Shown here: positions 7,611 through 17,200 of the stretch, piece after piece
Numbering within the stretch: the first letter of the stretch is position 1
Layout: each line of letters starts with the position of its first letter
Source: Christensenella sp. UBA5489
Lineage (GTDB): Bacteria > Bacillota > Clostridia > Christensenellales > UBA1242
NCBI GenBank assembly: GCA_002424095.1
Contig: DIPL01000014.1
Span: forward strand, 27,386 to 91,385
Length of the DNA: 64,000 nucleotides
Reading direction: 5' to 3'
Notes under the pieces: generated by a model
What the model was told of the DNA's origin: nothing
What the model saw: only the letters and a program-made list of their open reading frames with translations
Database searches by the model: none
Translations under genes and position numbers: made by a program

Positions 7611-10112
7611 ATGAGTAATCTTAATTCTTTTTCGGACAATGTTGAAAAAGTATTGAAAAAAGCAAGTGAAATTGCATTAAAATTCGGAAATTTGCAAGTC
7701 GGAACTGAGCATATTTTGTATGGCTTAGTAAGTGTAAGAGACTGTGCATCAAGTCAAATCCTTGCAGAATATGGCGTTAGTCAAGAAAGTTTGGAAATAA
7801 TTTTCGGCGAAAATGCTGATTTTATTGAAATTGGAAATCAAGTCGAACTAACACCACGTGTAAAAGAAATGATAAAAGTCGCTCAAAAAATTGCAATACA
7901 ACTCGGACATTCTTTTATTGGAACGGAGCATATCTTTTATGCAATATTAAACAGCGTTAACAGTTTTGCTGTCAGACTTTTAACAGGATATTTTCACGTT
8001 AATATAAACGACTTAAAAACACGAGTACTTGTTGTTCTTCAAGGCGAAAACAAAGAAATTGTGCAAAACAATCCAGCACAAAATTCAAATAGCACATTAC
8101 CTGAAAAACTTCTTGCAATGGGAACAGACATCACCTTAAAGGCGAAAGAAGGAAAAATTGACCCTATAATCGGACGTGAAAGCGAAATAGAAAGAGTTAT
8201 AGAAATTCTTTGCCGTAAAACGAAAAATAATCCTGTTTTAATTGGTGAAGCAGGCGTCGGAAAAACCGCAGTCGTTGAAGGACTTGCACTTGCAATTGTA
8301 ACAGGAAATGTTCCAGAAATCTTATCAGATAAAATCATATTTTCTCTTGAAATTGGTGGACTTATGGCGGGAACTAAATATCGTGGCAGTATGGAAGAAC
8401 GTCTTAAAAATGCAATTGAGATGATAATTAAGCAAAAAAATATAATTGTTTTTATAGATGAAATTCATACACTTGCACAGGCAGGTTCTGATAAAGGAGA
8501 AACAAGTCCAGCGGATATGCTAAAACCCTATCTTGCACGTGGAGAACTTCAAACAATTGGTGCAACAACAACTGATGAATATAGAAAATTCGTTGAAAAA
8601 GATAAGGCGTTAGAACGTCGTTTTCAGCCGATTATGGTTAATCCGCCATCCGTCGAGCAAACAATTGAAATTTTAAAAGGCTTGAAAGATAGTTATGAAG
8701 CATTTCATAAAATTAAAATAACAGATGAAGCAATCGATGCCGCCGCACATCTTTCCGACCGCTATATTATGGACCGTAACTTGCCCGATAAAGCTATTGA
8801 TTTAATTGATGAAGCATCGAGTAAGGCGAAAGTTAATTTTAATTTAAAACCAGCGGCAATCCGTGATAAAGAAGAAAAAATCAAGCAACTTTCAGCGAAT
8901 AGAGATGAAGCCAGCATCCAAAGAAATTATGAGAAAGCGGCAAAGCTTCAATCTCAAATAATCAACCTTGAAAACGAACTTGATGTTTTGACAGCCGAGT
9001 TTAATAAAAAAGCCAAAAAATCAACAGGAGCAATAGGAGCGAATGAAATTGCCGAAGTCGTTTCAAAATGGACAGGCATACCTATTACAAAAATCACCGA
9101 AACCGAAAAAGAAAAACTTATGCATTTAGAAGAAATCATCCATCGACGTGTTATAGGACAAGATGAGGCGGTGGAGGCTGTTGCACGTGCAATCCGCCGT
9201 TCACGTGTTGGTTTGCATGACACACGCAAGCCAATCGGCTCATTTCTCTTTATGGGGCAGACCGGAGTCGGGAAAACTGAACTTTCCAAAGCAATTGCTG
9301 AGGCAATGTTTGATGATGAAAACAATATAATCCGTCTTGATATGAGCGAATATATGGAAGGGCATTCTGTTTCTAAACTTATTGGTGCGCCACCGGGATA
9401 TGTTGGTTATGATGAAGGCGGACAACTTACAGAACAAGTGCGTCGAAAGCCATATTCTGTTATTCTTTTTGATGAAATTGAAAAAGCACATCCTGAAATT
9501 TTTAATGTATTACTTCAAATTTTGGATGACGGTCGTTTAACGGACAGTCAAGGGCGAGTTGTAAGTTTTAGAAACTCAATTATAATAATGACAAGCAATG
9601 TCGGTGCTTCGACATTAAAAACAAAAGAACTTGGCTTTAATGATACTAATGTCGATGATAATTTTGAAAAAACAAAACAAATATATTTCGACGCATTAAA
9701 GAAAAAGTTTAAGCCAGAATTTATCAACCGAATTGATGTAATTTGCGTATTTAAACCACTTGGAACAGATGAACTTACGAAAATTGCCAAAATTTTAATT
9801 AGCAATATAAATAAACGATTGAAAAAACAAAATTTGGAATTAAAAATAACCGAAGAGGCATTAAATCTAGTTGTTAAAAAGGGTTGCATAAATCCAGAGT
9901 TTGGTGCAAGACCACTTAAAAGATTTATTCAGCAAGAAATTGAAGATACAATTGCTGAAAAGATTTTGATTGGAGAACTCAGTAAGGCAGGAGCAATAAT
10001 AATTGACTGTGAAAATGATAAACTTGTTTTTGAAAGCGAGCTAAAAAATGAAAATTCAAAATCAAATAAGACAAAAGAAACAGGTGAAACATCAGATAAA
10101 AATAGATTTTAA
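7611..10112 (+). CDS. clpC: ATP-dependent Clp protease ATP-binding subunit ClpC
   Basis: Two Clp_N repeats, AAA-1 Walker A (GEAGVGKTAVVEG), a UVR-like linker (RNYEKAAKLQSQI), AAA-2 Walker A (GQTGVGKTELSKA) and GARPLKRFIQ. Start placed at ATG 7611, 8 nt after GGAG. Confidence 0.92.
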   Translation: MSNLNSFSDNVEKVLKKASEIALKFGNLQVGTEHILYGLVSVRDCASSQILAEYGVSQESLEIIFGENADFIEIGNQVELTPRVKEMIKVAQKIAIQLGHSFIGTEHIFYAILNSVNSFAVRLLTGYFHVNINDLKTRVLVVLQGENKEIVQNNPAQNSNSTLPEKLLAMGTDITLKAKEGKIDPIIGRESEIERVIEILCRKTKNNPVLIGEAGVGKTAVVEGLALAIVTGNVPEILSDKIIFSLEIGGLMAGTKYRGSMEERLKNAIEMIIKQKNIIVFIDEIHTLAQAGSDKGETSPADMLKPYLARGELQTIGATTTDEYRKFVEKDKALERRFQPIMVNPPSVEQTIEILKGLKDSYEAFHKIKITDEAIDAAAHLSDRYIMDRNLPDKAIDLIDEASSKAKVNFNLKPAAIRDKEEKIKQLSANRDEASIQRNYEKAAKLQSQIINLENELDVLTAEFNKKAKKSTGAIGANEIAEVVSKWTGIPITKITETEKEKLMHLEEIIHRRVIGQDEAVEAVARAIRRSRVGLHDTRKPIGSFLFMGQTGVGKTELSKAIAEAMFDDENNIIRLDMSEYMEGHSVSKLIGAPPGYVGYDEGGQLTEQVRRKPYSVILFDEIEKAHPEIFNVLLQILDDGRLTDSQGRVVSFRNSIIIMTSNVGASTLKTKELGFNDTNVDDNFEKTKQIYFDALKKKFKPEFINRIDVICVFKPLGTDELTKIAKILISNINKRLKKQNLELKITEEALNLVVKKGCINPEFGARPLKRFIQQEIEDTIAEKILIGELSKAGAIIIDCENDKLVFESELKNENSKSNKTKETGETSDKNRF

Positions 10113-10169
10113 GTTGAATTCATTTGAATTTAATAAGATATTTTGATATAATAAAAAGTGGAGGTTATA

Positions 10170-10700
10170 ATGAAAATTGAATTTATAGAAAAAAATTTTA
10201 AAATTATTGACAGTTTAAAGGACGCAATTAAGAAAAAAATATCAAAACTCGATAGATATTTTGGCGAAAACGCAAAAGCACGAGTTGTTTGTAAAATGGA
10301 AAACAAAAAGCACAAACTTGAGGTTACGATTAAAAACGAAGGGCTTTTATATCGCTCAGAAGTTATCGGTGATAATATGAATGAAAACATAGACCTTGCA
10401 TTGCCTAAAATCGAGCGTCAAATTATAAAACAATATGAAAAAAAGCGTGATAAGTTTAGAAATTTAGTAATAGACTATTCCGACCTTGCTTTTTTAGATA
10501 ATAAACCTGAGGATATTAACAAAGAAATAATTAAGAAAAAAGCATTTGATTTAGACCCAATTTTAATTGAAGATGCAATTGATTTTTTAGATGCAATTGA
10601 CCACGATTTCTATGTATTTTTAAATTCAAAAACAGGTAAAGTTAATGTTTTATATGTTCGAGGCAACGGTGGACTTGGCTTAATTGAATGTAATTATTAA
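10170..10700 (+). CDS. hpf: Ribosome hibernation promoting factor, long form
   Basis: N-terminal RaiA/HPF fold (KISKLDRYF...ARVVCKMENKKHKLEVTI) plus a C-terminal dimerisation domain (FYVFLNSKTGKVNVLYVRGNGGLGLIE). ATG at 10170 follows GGAGG. Confidence 0.9.
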   Translation: MKIEFIEKNFKIIDSLKDAIKKKISKLDRYFGENAKARVVCKMENKKHKLEVTIKNEGLLYRSEVIGDNMNENIDLALPKIERQIIKQYEKKRDKFRNLVIDYSDLAFLDNKPEDINKEIIKKKAFDLDPILIEDAIDFLDAIDHDFYVFLNSKTGKVNVLYVRGNGGLGLIECNY

Positions 10701-10730
10701 TTTATGTTTGTGGGCATACAACAAAATAAA

Positions 10731-10760
10731 ATGTGCAGTCGCATTAATGCGACTGCACAT
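10731..10760. terminator. Bidirectional intrinsic terminator between convergent hpf and the SPFH gene
   Basis: Perfect inverted repeat atgtgcagtcgcat / atgcgactgcacat, flanked by an A-run upstream and a T-run downstream. Confidence 0.8.
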
Positions 10761-10818
10761 TTTATTATTTGATTTGAAAATCCGTGTGAATTTTTCTGCA
10801 CGATTGCGTCAAAATAAA

Positions 10819-11727
10819 TTAATTTTCAGATTTTTTACGGCGTATAACTTCTTTATTTGTGTCGTTTGATTTATCTTTCATTGAATTAACTGTTTCTGTT
10901 ACACCAGCAATAAGGGAAGAAAGGTCCGTAATTCCACTTGGTACAATGAGTTTAGTGCTTTGTCCGTCTGCTAAACTTTTCAAGGCGTCAAAGGCTTTCA
11001 GCGTCAAATATGCTTGATTAGGAGATGCTTCATTAATTTTCCGAATTGCTTCTGCCTCGCCATCGGCTTCGGCAATAAAAGTTGCTTTTCGTGCCTCTGC
11101 TTTTAAAATTTGTGCCTGTTTTTCACCTTCGGCTCTTAAAATATTACTTCTTTTATCTCCTTCCGCCAATAAAATTGTTTCTCTCCGTTCTCTCTCCGCT
11201 CTCATTTGCTTTTCCATTGCTTCACGAATGGCTTTTGGAGGGTCAATATTTTTAAGTTCAACACGATTAATTTTAATTCCCCACGGGTCAGTTGCATCAT
11301 CCAAAATAGCACGCATTTTGTTGTTTACGGTATCACGACTTGTAAGTGTTTCGTCAAGTTCCAATTCACCAACTATATTACGCAAAGTCGTTGCCGTTAA
11401 ATTTTCAATTGCATTAATCGGTCTTTCAACGCCATACGTAAAAAGCTTCGGGTCAGTAACCTGATAATAAACAACATTATCAATTTGCATTGTAACGTTA
11501 TCTTTGGTTATAATCGGCTGTGGAGGAAAATCCGCAACTTTTTCCTTCAAACTAATTGGTGGCATTGCTCTATCAAAAATCGGCAAAATAAAATGCACGC
11601 CAGTTTCTAATGTTCTATGATATTTCCCAAGTCTTTCAACAACAACCGCCGTTGCCTGCTGTACAATTTTTATCGAAAGTGAAAATAGTAAGAGAATAAC
11701 AGCACCTAAAACAATAATAACCCACAT
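10819..11727 (-). CDS. SPFH/band-7 (stomatin/slipin-like) membrane protein
   Basis: N-terminal TM segment, an SPFH core (VVERLGKYHRTLETGVHFILPIFD...) and an E/A/R-rich coiled coil (REAMEKQMRAERERRE). It is downstream of nfeD, which is the classic pairing. Confidence 0.88.
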   Translation of the reverse strand: MWVIIVLGAVILLLFSLSIKIVQQATAVVVERLGKYHRTLETGVHFILPIFDRAMPPISLKEKVADFPPQPIITKDNVTMQIDNVVYYQVTDPKLFTYGVERPINAIENLTATTLRNIVGELELDETLTSRDTVNNKMRAILDDATDPWGIKINRVELKNIDPPKAIREAMEKQMRAERERRETILLAEGDKRSNILRAEGEKQAQILKAEARKATFIAEADGEAEAIRKINEASPNQAYLTLKAFDALKSLADGQSTKLIVPSGITDLSSLIAGVTETVNSMKDKSNDTNKEVIRRKKSEN

Positions 11728-11780
11728 ATAAAACTCCTTTTTAATCTAGATTAAGATTTTATCTATCAAACGAAATATTA

Positions 11781-12230
11781 TTAATTTTTTTCTTCAATTT
11801 GTTTAATTTTAACTTGTTTAACCTTAAGTTTATTTCCTTTAACTTTTATAACTTCAACTTCTTCGTTTGGCAAAATTTCCGAATCGCTATAAACTGTCCA
11901 AATAATTCCATTAAGTTTGATTGACCCGTCCTTTTCCATTCCACAAGATTCAATTAATTTTGCTTTTTTCCCAAGTAGTGGTTCAGCAGTCGAACTTTCG
12001 CTCTTTTTATTGAGATGTTTTAAAGCAAAACGACGCAACCCTAAAATGCAACCGAGCGAAACTAAAATTGCACATATAATTTGAATTTCAGGATTAATAC
12101 CACCAATTGACGCCAAAATCAAAGCCACAAGTCCACCTACTGCAATCCATATACTGATAAATTCCATAGTAAAAAATTCAATTAGCAGTGAAACGGCAAC
12201 AATAATTGCCCAAATCCAAATCCAATCCAT
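11781..12230 (-). CDS. NfeD-family membrane protein
   Basis: Three N-terminal TM helices plus a C-terminal OB-like domain (GKKAKLIE...GSIKLNGIIWTVYSD...V.VIKVKGNKLKV). Operon partner of the SPFH gene. AGGAG SD. Confidence 0.8.
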   Translation of the reverse strand: MDWIWIWAIIVAVSLLIEFFTMEFISIWIAVGGLVALILASIGGINPEIQIICAILVSLGCILGLRRFALKHLNKKSESSTAEPLLGKKAKLIESCGMEKDGSIKLNGIIWTVYSDSEILPNEEVEVIKVKGNKLKVKQVKIKQIEEKN

Positions 12231-12349
12231 AAATGCTCCTAAAACTTTTATCTATAAATATATTAACATATTAATATGAAATAAGTCAAGAAAATATAAG
12301 TGAATGATGAAGTATTTTGTTTAAAATTAAGTGTAAAATCAAAATTACA

Positions 12350-12377
12350 TTGCAAAATGAAATGTATATGCTATAAT
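12350..12377 (+). promoter_or_regulatory. Sigma-A-type promoter with extended -10, directly abutting the start codon of the MBL hydrolase gene
   Basis: TTGCAA (12350..12355), a 16-nt spacer, then TGcTATAAT (-10 at 12372..12377). The ATG at 12385 lies only 7 nt after the -10 and has no SD. Confidence 0.5.
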
Positions 12378-12384
12378 CATTTTT

Positions 12385-13164
12385 ATGAGAATTTGCAATT
12401 TATCTTCCGGAAGCGATGGAAATTTAACATATATTGAAAGTGAAAATGCACGAGTTTTAATAGATATTGGACTTTCTTGTAGAGAAACAGAACGCCGATT
12501 GAGTCTTTTAAAAACAACACCAGACCAAATTGACGCCATTTTTATAACACACGAACACCTTGACCATATGAAAGGTTTAGAAGTTTTCGCTTCTAAATAC
12601 AAAAGTAAAGTTTTCGTGCATAAAAATGGTTATGTGCCACTTGTAAATAAGATAAATAGAACGGTTGATATTGAAGTTTTCGATGATAATACCTTTGATT
12701 ATAAAGATCTTACAATTTTTCCTATATCAGTTCCACACGATGTCAAGCAATGCACAGGATATTCAATTATTTCCAAGCAGAAAAAAATAAGTATTATTAC
12801 AGATTTAGGACATACTACAAGTGAAATACTTCAAAATTTACGATTCAGTAATTTGGTTTTTTTGGAAGCAAATCACGATGTCGATATGCTTGTTGCAAAT
12901 CCTGATTATCCAGAATTTTTAAAGCAACGTATTTTAAGTTTAAAAGGGCATTTATCAAACGATAGTTGTGCAGAATCAATTGCGGATTTAGCGAATTATG
13001 GCACAAAAAATTTTGTTTTATCACATCTCAGCACAAAAAACAACACACCGCAACTTGCATTTGAATACATAAGCCGAAAATTGAGAGAGAAAAACATTAA
13101 AGAAGGCGAAGATATTAAGATAAAAGTTGCATCAGTTGTTCCTCAAACAATTTTTAGATTATAA
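12385..13164 (+). CDS. MBL-fold metallo-hydrolase, YycJ/WalJ-like
   Basis: N-terminus MRICNLSSGSDGNLTYIE and metal motif ITHEHLDHMKG. Followed by an HtrA-like protease, as in the distal part of the Bacillus wal operon; no walRK genes here. Confidence 0.85.
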   Translation: MRICNLSSGSDGNLTYIESENARVLIDIGLSCRETERRLSLLKTTPDQIDAIFITHEHLDHMKGLEVFASKYKSKVFVHKNGYVPLVNKINRTVDIEVFDDNTFDYKDLTIFPISVPHDVKQCTGYSIISKQKKISIITDLGHTTSEILQNLRFSNLVFLEANHDVDMLVANPDYPEFLKQRILSLKGHLSNDSCAESIADLANYGTKNFVLSHLSTKNNTPQLAFEYISRKLREKNIKEGEDIKIKVASVVPQTIFRL

Positions 13165-13246
13165 AGAGTTATAAAGCGAAATTTTTGTAAATCCGAATAA
13201 AATTAAAGACAAATCACAAGTTTTGAAGTATAAAACAGGAGATTTT

Positions 13247-14278
13247 ATGAAAAAAATTGTGATTTTTTTTATATTCGTTGCCATAATTTTTTCGTCGGGG
13301 ATTATCATTTCAAGCTGCTTTGGAGCGAACATAGAAGAACGTGATTTAAGCGTTGATATGACACCTCGTCTTATTTCAACAAGAGATAATATGAATGCAA
13401 CGGAAGTTTCCGATGCTGTGAAAAGTGCTGTTGTCGGTATTTCGGCAAGTTCAGTGCGTGGAACAAGTGTAGGCAGTGGCGTTGCAATTGCTCTTGGCGG
13501 ATATATTTTAACAAACCAGCATGTTGTTGGTAGTAGTAACGATATAACAGTATATTTCGCAGATAAAACAAAAGGTAGTGCTAAATTAATTTGGTCTGAT
13601 TTTGGTATAGATATTGCAATTTTAAAGTCGGCAATTGATATGCCATATTTAGAAACAGCACCGCTTTCCGAAGTGCGTGTTGGTGAAGATGTTTTGGCAA
13701 TTGGAACGCCACTTTCACTTCAATTCAAACATAGTGTAACAAAAGGGATTGTGAGTGCGTTAAACAGAGCACTTGAAGTCGAAAATTCAAACGGCACAAT
13801 AAGTTATATGCAAAATTTAATACAGCACGATGCAAGCATAAATTCGGGAAACAGTGGCGGACCATTAATAAATTTTGATGGAAAGGTAATTGGTATAAAC
13901 GCATTAAAGGCGGCGGATGCCGAAGGTATAGGCTTTGCAATTCCGATTGAAACTGCAACGGTAGCGATAGAAAAAGTAATACCAAATAACTCATTCCAAC
14001 AAACTTATGTCGGTGTTATGGCTTATGATGCGGAACTTGCTTATTTCAACGATGAAACAGATGCGAGCATGGGGGCATATGTTATGGATATTGCTTTAAA
14101 TTCACCTGCTTTTAATTCACAGTTGCAGTCAGGAGATGTGATTACACGTATAAATTTATTAAAAATAAATAATACGTTGGATTTAAGAAAAGCAATTTAT
14201 ATTTTAAATGTCGGCGACGAAATTGAAATAGATGTAATTCGTAGGGGCGAGATAAAAACTATAAGAATTGCAACTTAA
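13247..14278 (+). CDS. HtrA/DegP-family (S1C) serine protease with N-terminal membrane anchor and C-terminal PDZ domain
   Basis: Catalytic triad contexts LTNQHVV, DIAILK and GNSGGPLINFDGKVIGIN. PDZ-like tail (GAYVMDIALNSPA...GDVITRIN). Start moved to ATG 13247, after GGAG. Confidence 0.88.
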   Translation: MKKIVIFFIFVAIIFSSGIIISSCFGANIEERDLSVDMTPRLISTRDNMNATEVSDAVKSAVVGISASSVRGTSVGSGVAIALGGYILTNQHVVGSSNDITVYFADKTKGSAKLIWSDFGIDIAILKSAIDMPYLETAPLSEVRVGEDVLAIGTPLSLQFKHSVTKGIVSALNRALEVENSNGTISYMQNLIQHDASINSGNSGGPLINFDGKVIGINALKAADAEGIGFAIPIETATVAIEKVIPNNSFQQTYVGVMAYDAELAYFNDETDASMGAYVMDIALNSPAFNSQLQSGDVITRINLLKINNTLDLRKAIYILNVGDEIEIDVIRRGEIKTIRIAT

Positions 14279-14364
14279 TATCATTCTTGAATTATTCCTC
14301 ATTATGTATTTTGAATTATTTTTTTGTTTTTGCAAAAACTTTTCTTTAAGGGGGATTGTGCTGA

Positions 14365-14841
14365 ATGTACAAGATTTTTATAAATAGTTTACTTATTATT
14401 TTTCTATGTTTTACATTAAGTTGTAATACAAACGACTATTACCCTGTTAATGTATTCTTTAAAGATGGCACATTACCGAATTCAGATAAATCTTCAATAA
14501 CAGCAATATACTTAGAAGATAAACGCATAAGAGAAAAATATACTGATATTTTAATTTCATCCAACATAGATAATTTGGAATTCTCAATTGCGAAAGAAAA
14601 TGATAAATATATTGATATAAAAATTGCGGAAAAAGAAATCTGGTATTCATTGACAGAACTCTTAAAAGATAAAATAGACATTGAATACACAACTTTTGCA
14701 AAAGCACAAACAACAACCTATGTAATAAAATCTGAAACGCCAACTGTTTTGCAGTTTAAGGCAGTTGGTGGAAATTATAACAACGATGAACTGGAAAATA
14801 TTTTCACAGTTTCCAAAACTTTTGAACTTAAAATTCAATAG
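14365..14841 (+). CDS. Hypothetical lipoprotein
   Basis: Signal peptide with a lipobox (LCFTLSC). GGGGGA SD. No recognisable domain. Confidence 0.55.
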   Translation: MYKIFINSLLIIFLCFTLSCNTNDYYPVNVFFKDGTLPNSDKSSITAIYLEDKRIREKYTDILISSNIDNLEFSIAKENDKYIDIKIAEKEIWYSLTELLKDKIDIEYTTFAKAQTTTYVIKSETPTVLQFKAVGGNYNNDELENIFTVSKTFELKIQ

Positions 14842-14876
14842 CTCGAATAGTGTAATTTTTTATTTTATAAAAGTAC

Positions 14877-14905
14877 TTGAAAAGTTAGTTTTTATTTGCT
14901 AGAAT
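14877..14905 (+). promoter_or_regulatory. Sigma-A-type promoter for the ABC-ATPase-like gene
   Basis: TTGAAA, 17-nt spacer, TAGAAT, located 15 nt upstream of the ATG at 14921. Confidence 0.45.
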
Positions 14906-14920
14906 ACAAAAGGTGATTTT

Positions 14921-15568
14921 ATGATTCTAATAAAAAATTTATATTTAAGATATATTCGGGAATATTTCGCTTTATACGACATAAATTTAAAAATCGAACA
15001 AAATGAAAGTGTAGCCTTTCTCGGCGAAGTTGAAAGCGGAAAAACAAGCTTATTACGAATTTTAGCGAAAGTTGAAAAATATACAAAGGGCGAAGTTTAT
15101 ATTAAAAACATACCGCTTCAAAAAATCAACTATGCTACCGATGTAAATCTAGGATACATTCCCGCAACTCCCGTTTTTTTCGAAAATAAAACGGTATACG
15201 ACAACTTAAAATATGTCTTAAAAGTGCAGAAAATAAAAAAGACTGAACTGGAAACTAAAATCAACGATGCTTTGATTGAATTTAAACTTGAAAATATAAA
15301 GGACACAAAAATCAAGGCATTGACATTATTTGAAAAATATCTAATTTCGTTCGCAAGACTTTCATTCAGAATGCTTGAAATTGTTTTAATTGACGATATA
15401 TTCGAAAACTTGAAGCAGGAAGAGCAAGAAGTTTTGAAAGAAATAATAAAGAAAAATTATGTTGGAAAATCAATATTAATTTTGGCAACTCAGGATGAAA
15501 AAATTGCGAAAGAACTTTGCAAAAGAAAAATATTTTTCAAATCAGGCTCAATCGAAAAAAATGATTAA
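14921..15568 (+). CDS. ABC-transporter ATPase-like protein with degenerate catalytic motifs, no permease partner
   Basis: Walker A is intact (GEVESGKTS). The signature position reads LTLFEK rather than LSGGQ, Walker B reads IVLIDDIF, the H-loop position reads ATQD, and the Q-loop Gln is absent (IPATPVFF). Confidence 0.65.
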   Translation: MILIKNLYLRYIREYFALYDINLKIEQNESVAFLGEVESGKTSLLRILAKVEKYTKGEVYIKNIPLQKINYATDVNLGYIPATPVFFENKTVYDNLKYVLKVQKIKKTELETKINDALIEFKLENIKDTKIKALTLFEKYLISFARLSFRMLEIVLIDDIFENLKQEEQEVLKEIIKKNYVGKSILILATQDEKIAKELCKRKIFFKSGSIEKND

Positions 15569-15593
15569 AATACAAAAATTAAGGATAAAGTAA

Positions 15594-15968
15594 ATGGATA
15601 ATCTGCAAATCGAAGAAAGTGAAAATGTGGAAGAAAAAATAAGAGCAATTTTTTCAACAAACTACATTCTAAAAAATTTCAATGAAAGTATAAAAGAGAA
15701 TTACATAAAAATTTTTAAAATTCCAGTCATCGAAAAACTGTTTTCCAATTCAGAACTTATGAGTTCAATTAAGCAATTTTTGGAGAATGATTTGGTAATT
15801 TCCAAAACATCCAGAAATTCATTTATGCACCGAAATACTTTAATTTATAGATTTAAAAAACTTAAAAAGATGATAGGTTTAGATTTGCAAAGATTTAACG
15901 ATGCTGTTATTTTTAATAATATAATAAATATAAAAAAATGTTTGGACGAAAAAAATTTAGTAATTTAA
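15594..15968 (+). CDS. Small PucR-C-terminal-type helix-turn-helix protein
   Basis: C-terminal HTH ISKTSRNSFMHRNTLIYRFKKLKKMIGLDL is typical of PucR/CdaR-type HTH domains. AAGGA SD. 25 nt downstream of the ABC-like gene. Confidence 0.55.
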   Translation: MDNLQIEESENVEEKIRAIFSTNYILKNFNESIKENYIKIFKIPVIEKLFSNSELMSSIKQFLENDLVISKTSRNSFMHRNTLIYRFKKLKKMIGLDLQRFNDAVIFNNIINIKKCLDEKNLVI

Positions 15969-16055
15969 AAATTTCGCATTACTGGCGTTTTCCGTCCATT
16001 TTTTATAATCAGTGTAGTTGTCGCACAAATGCGTCAATTTTTTATTTTAAACTTT

Positions 16056-16649
16056 TTAATCAATGTTTGAATCATTTTGTTTATAGTATTCGCTCACTTT
16101 GACATATTCATCTCTGTCTTTTTTTTGTCTGTTTGGTTTTTCTTTCATTTTACTATTTGGTTTTTCATTCTTTTTAAAACCTGACATTAAATTGAAAATT
16201 GTGCCTAAATTTGAATTATTTTTGCCAAGTGAACCAATTAAATCTTTTTGATTGTTTCCGGCAAGCAAGGGAAGAATATTTTGTAAAGGATTATTCGAAC
16301 TTTCACCCGAATTTCCGCCATTAAAATTTCCGAGCATTTTTGCTAAATTGCCTAAATTCGCCTTATCGCCACCACCGCCATTTAAACCGCCTAACATTCC
16401 AAGCAGATTTCCGATATTCCCAAATGCTCCTTTATTTTCCAAATTATTAGAATTATCAGAGTTTTTGAAATCATCATAATTAAAATTTTGTGTTGTACTA
16501 AACTCATTCGCTGTATTTTTAAAATTGTCAGCGGAATTATTAAAGTTATTGTTGACGCCATTATTAAAGCCATTAGGATAATATGAGAAATTTTTATTTT
16601 GCTCTTTATTTTCCGTTTTTCTAATTCGATTGTTTTTTATGTAATTCAT
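16056..16649 (-). CDS. Asn/Gly-rich low-complexity protein, no signal peptide
   Basis: GGAG SD. Internal repeated motif GN(I/L)GNL..MLG..NGG occurs at least twice. Basic K-rich C-terminus. Confidence 0.5.
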   Translation of the reverse strand: MNYIKNNRIRKTENKEQNKNFSYYPNGFNNGVNNNFNNSADNFKNTANEFSTTQNFNYDDFKNSDNSNNLENKGAFGNIGNLLGMLGGLNGGGGDKANLGNLAKMLGNFNGGNSGESSNNPLQNILPLLAGNNQKDLIGSLGKNNSNLGTIFNLMSGFKKNEKPNSKMKEKPNRQKKDRDEYVKVSEYYKQNDSNID

Positions 16650-16801
16650 TAAATCTCCATTTAAATTTATATTTCATAATTTTTTCTCCGCTGAGTTGGT
16701 GCGAAAATTTAAAAAATTTGTTTAAAACAAATAAAAATATCTTTCGCAACATTATATTATATGACAACATATAATTATATAGTTAAAAGGATAGAAAATT
16801 T

Positions 16802-17200
16802 ATGAAAAAAAGTTTTTATGAGTTCAGTAATCAAAAATTCGAAAAAAACAAAAACACTGAAAAGCAAGATTTTAAAAATTTCCGTCCAACACACGATGCA
16901 CAAAATTCACAAAGTTTTGAAAAACGAAATCATGAAAACTCACATTCTGAGAACTTTCGTCAATCAGAGCAGGATAGTGATTTTGAATCAAAAAAAAGTG
17001 AAATTGAAGAAACGATAAATAAATATCAAGATATGTCGCAAAGCGAACTTCTTTCTAATTTATTTTCCGAAGTAAACAAACAAAAACAGCAGGGCACATT
17101 TGATATTGAAAAAATTGAAAACGCAATTTCAGGACTTGGTGCGTATTTAACAACCGAACAACAAAATAATATGAGGGAAATGTTAAAAAAATTCAAATGA
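16802..17200 (+). CDS. Hypothetical charged protein, translationally coupled to the S8 peptidase
   Basis: AAGGA SD. The stop overlaps the next start (ATGA at 17197..17200). Q/E/K/S-rich with no recognisable domain. Confidence 0.5.
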   Translation: MKKSFYEFSNQKFEKNKNTEKQDFKNFRPTHDAQNSQSFEKRNHENSHSENFRQSEQDSDFESKKSEIEETINKYQDMSQSELLSNLFSEVNKQKQQGTFDIEKIENAISGLGAYLTTEQQNNMREMLKKFK

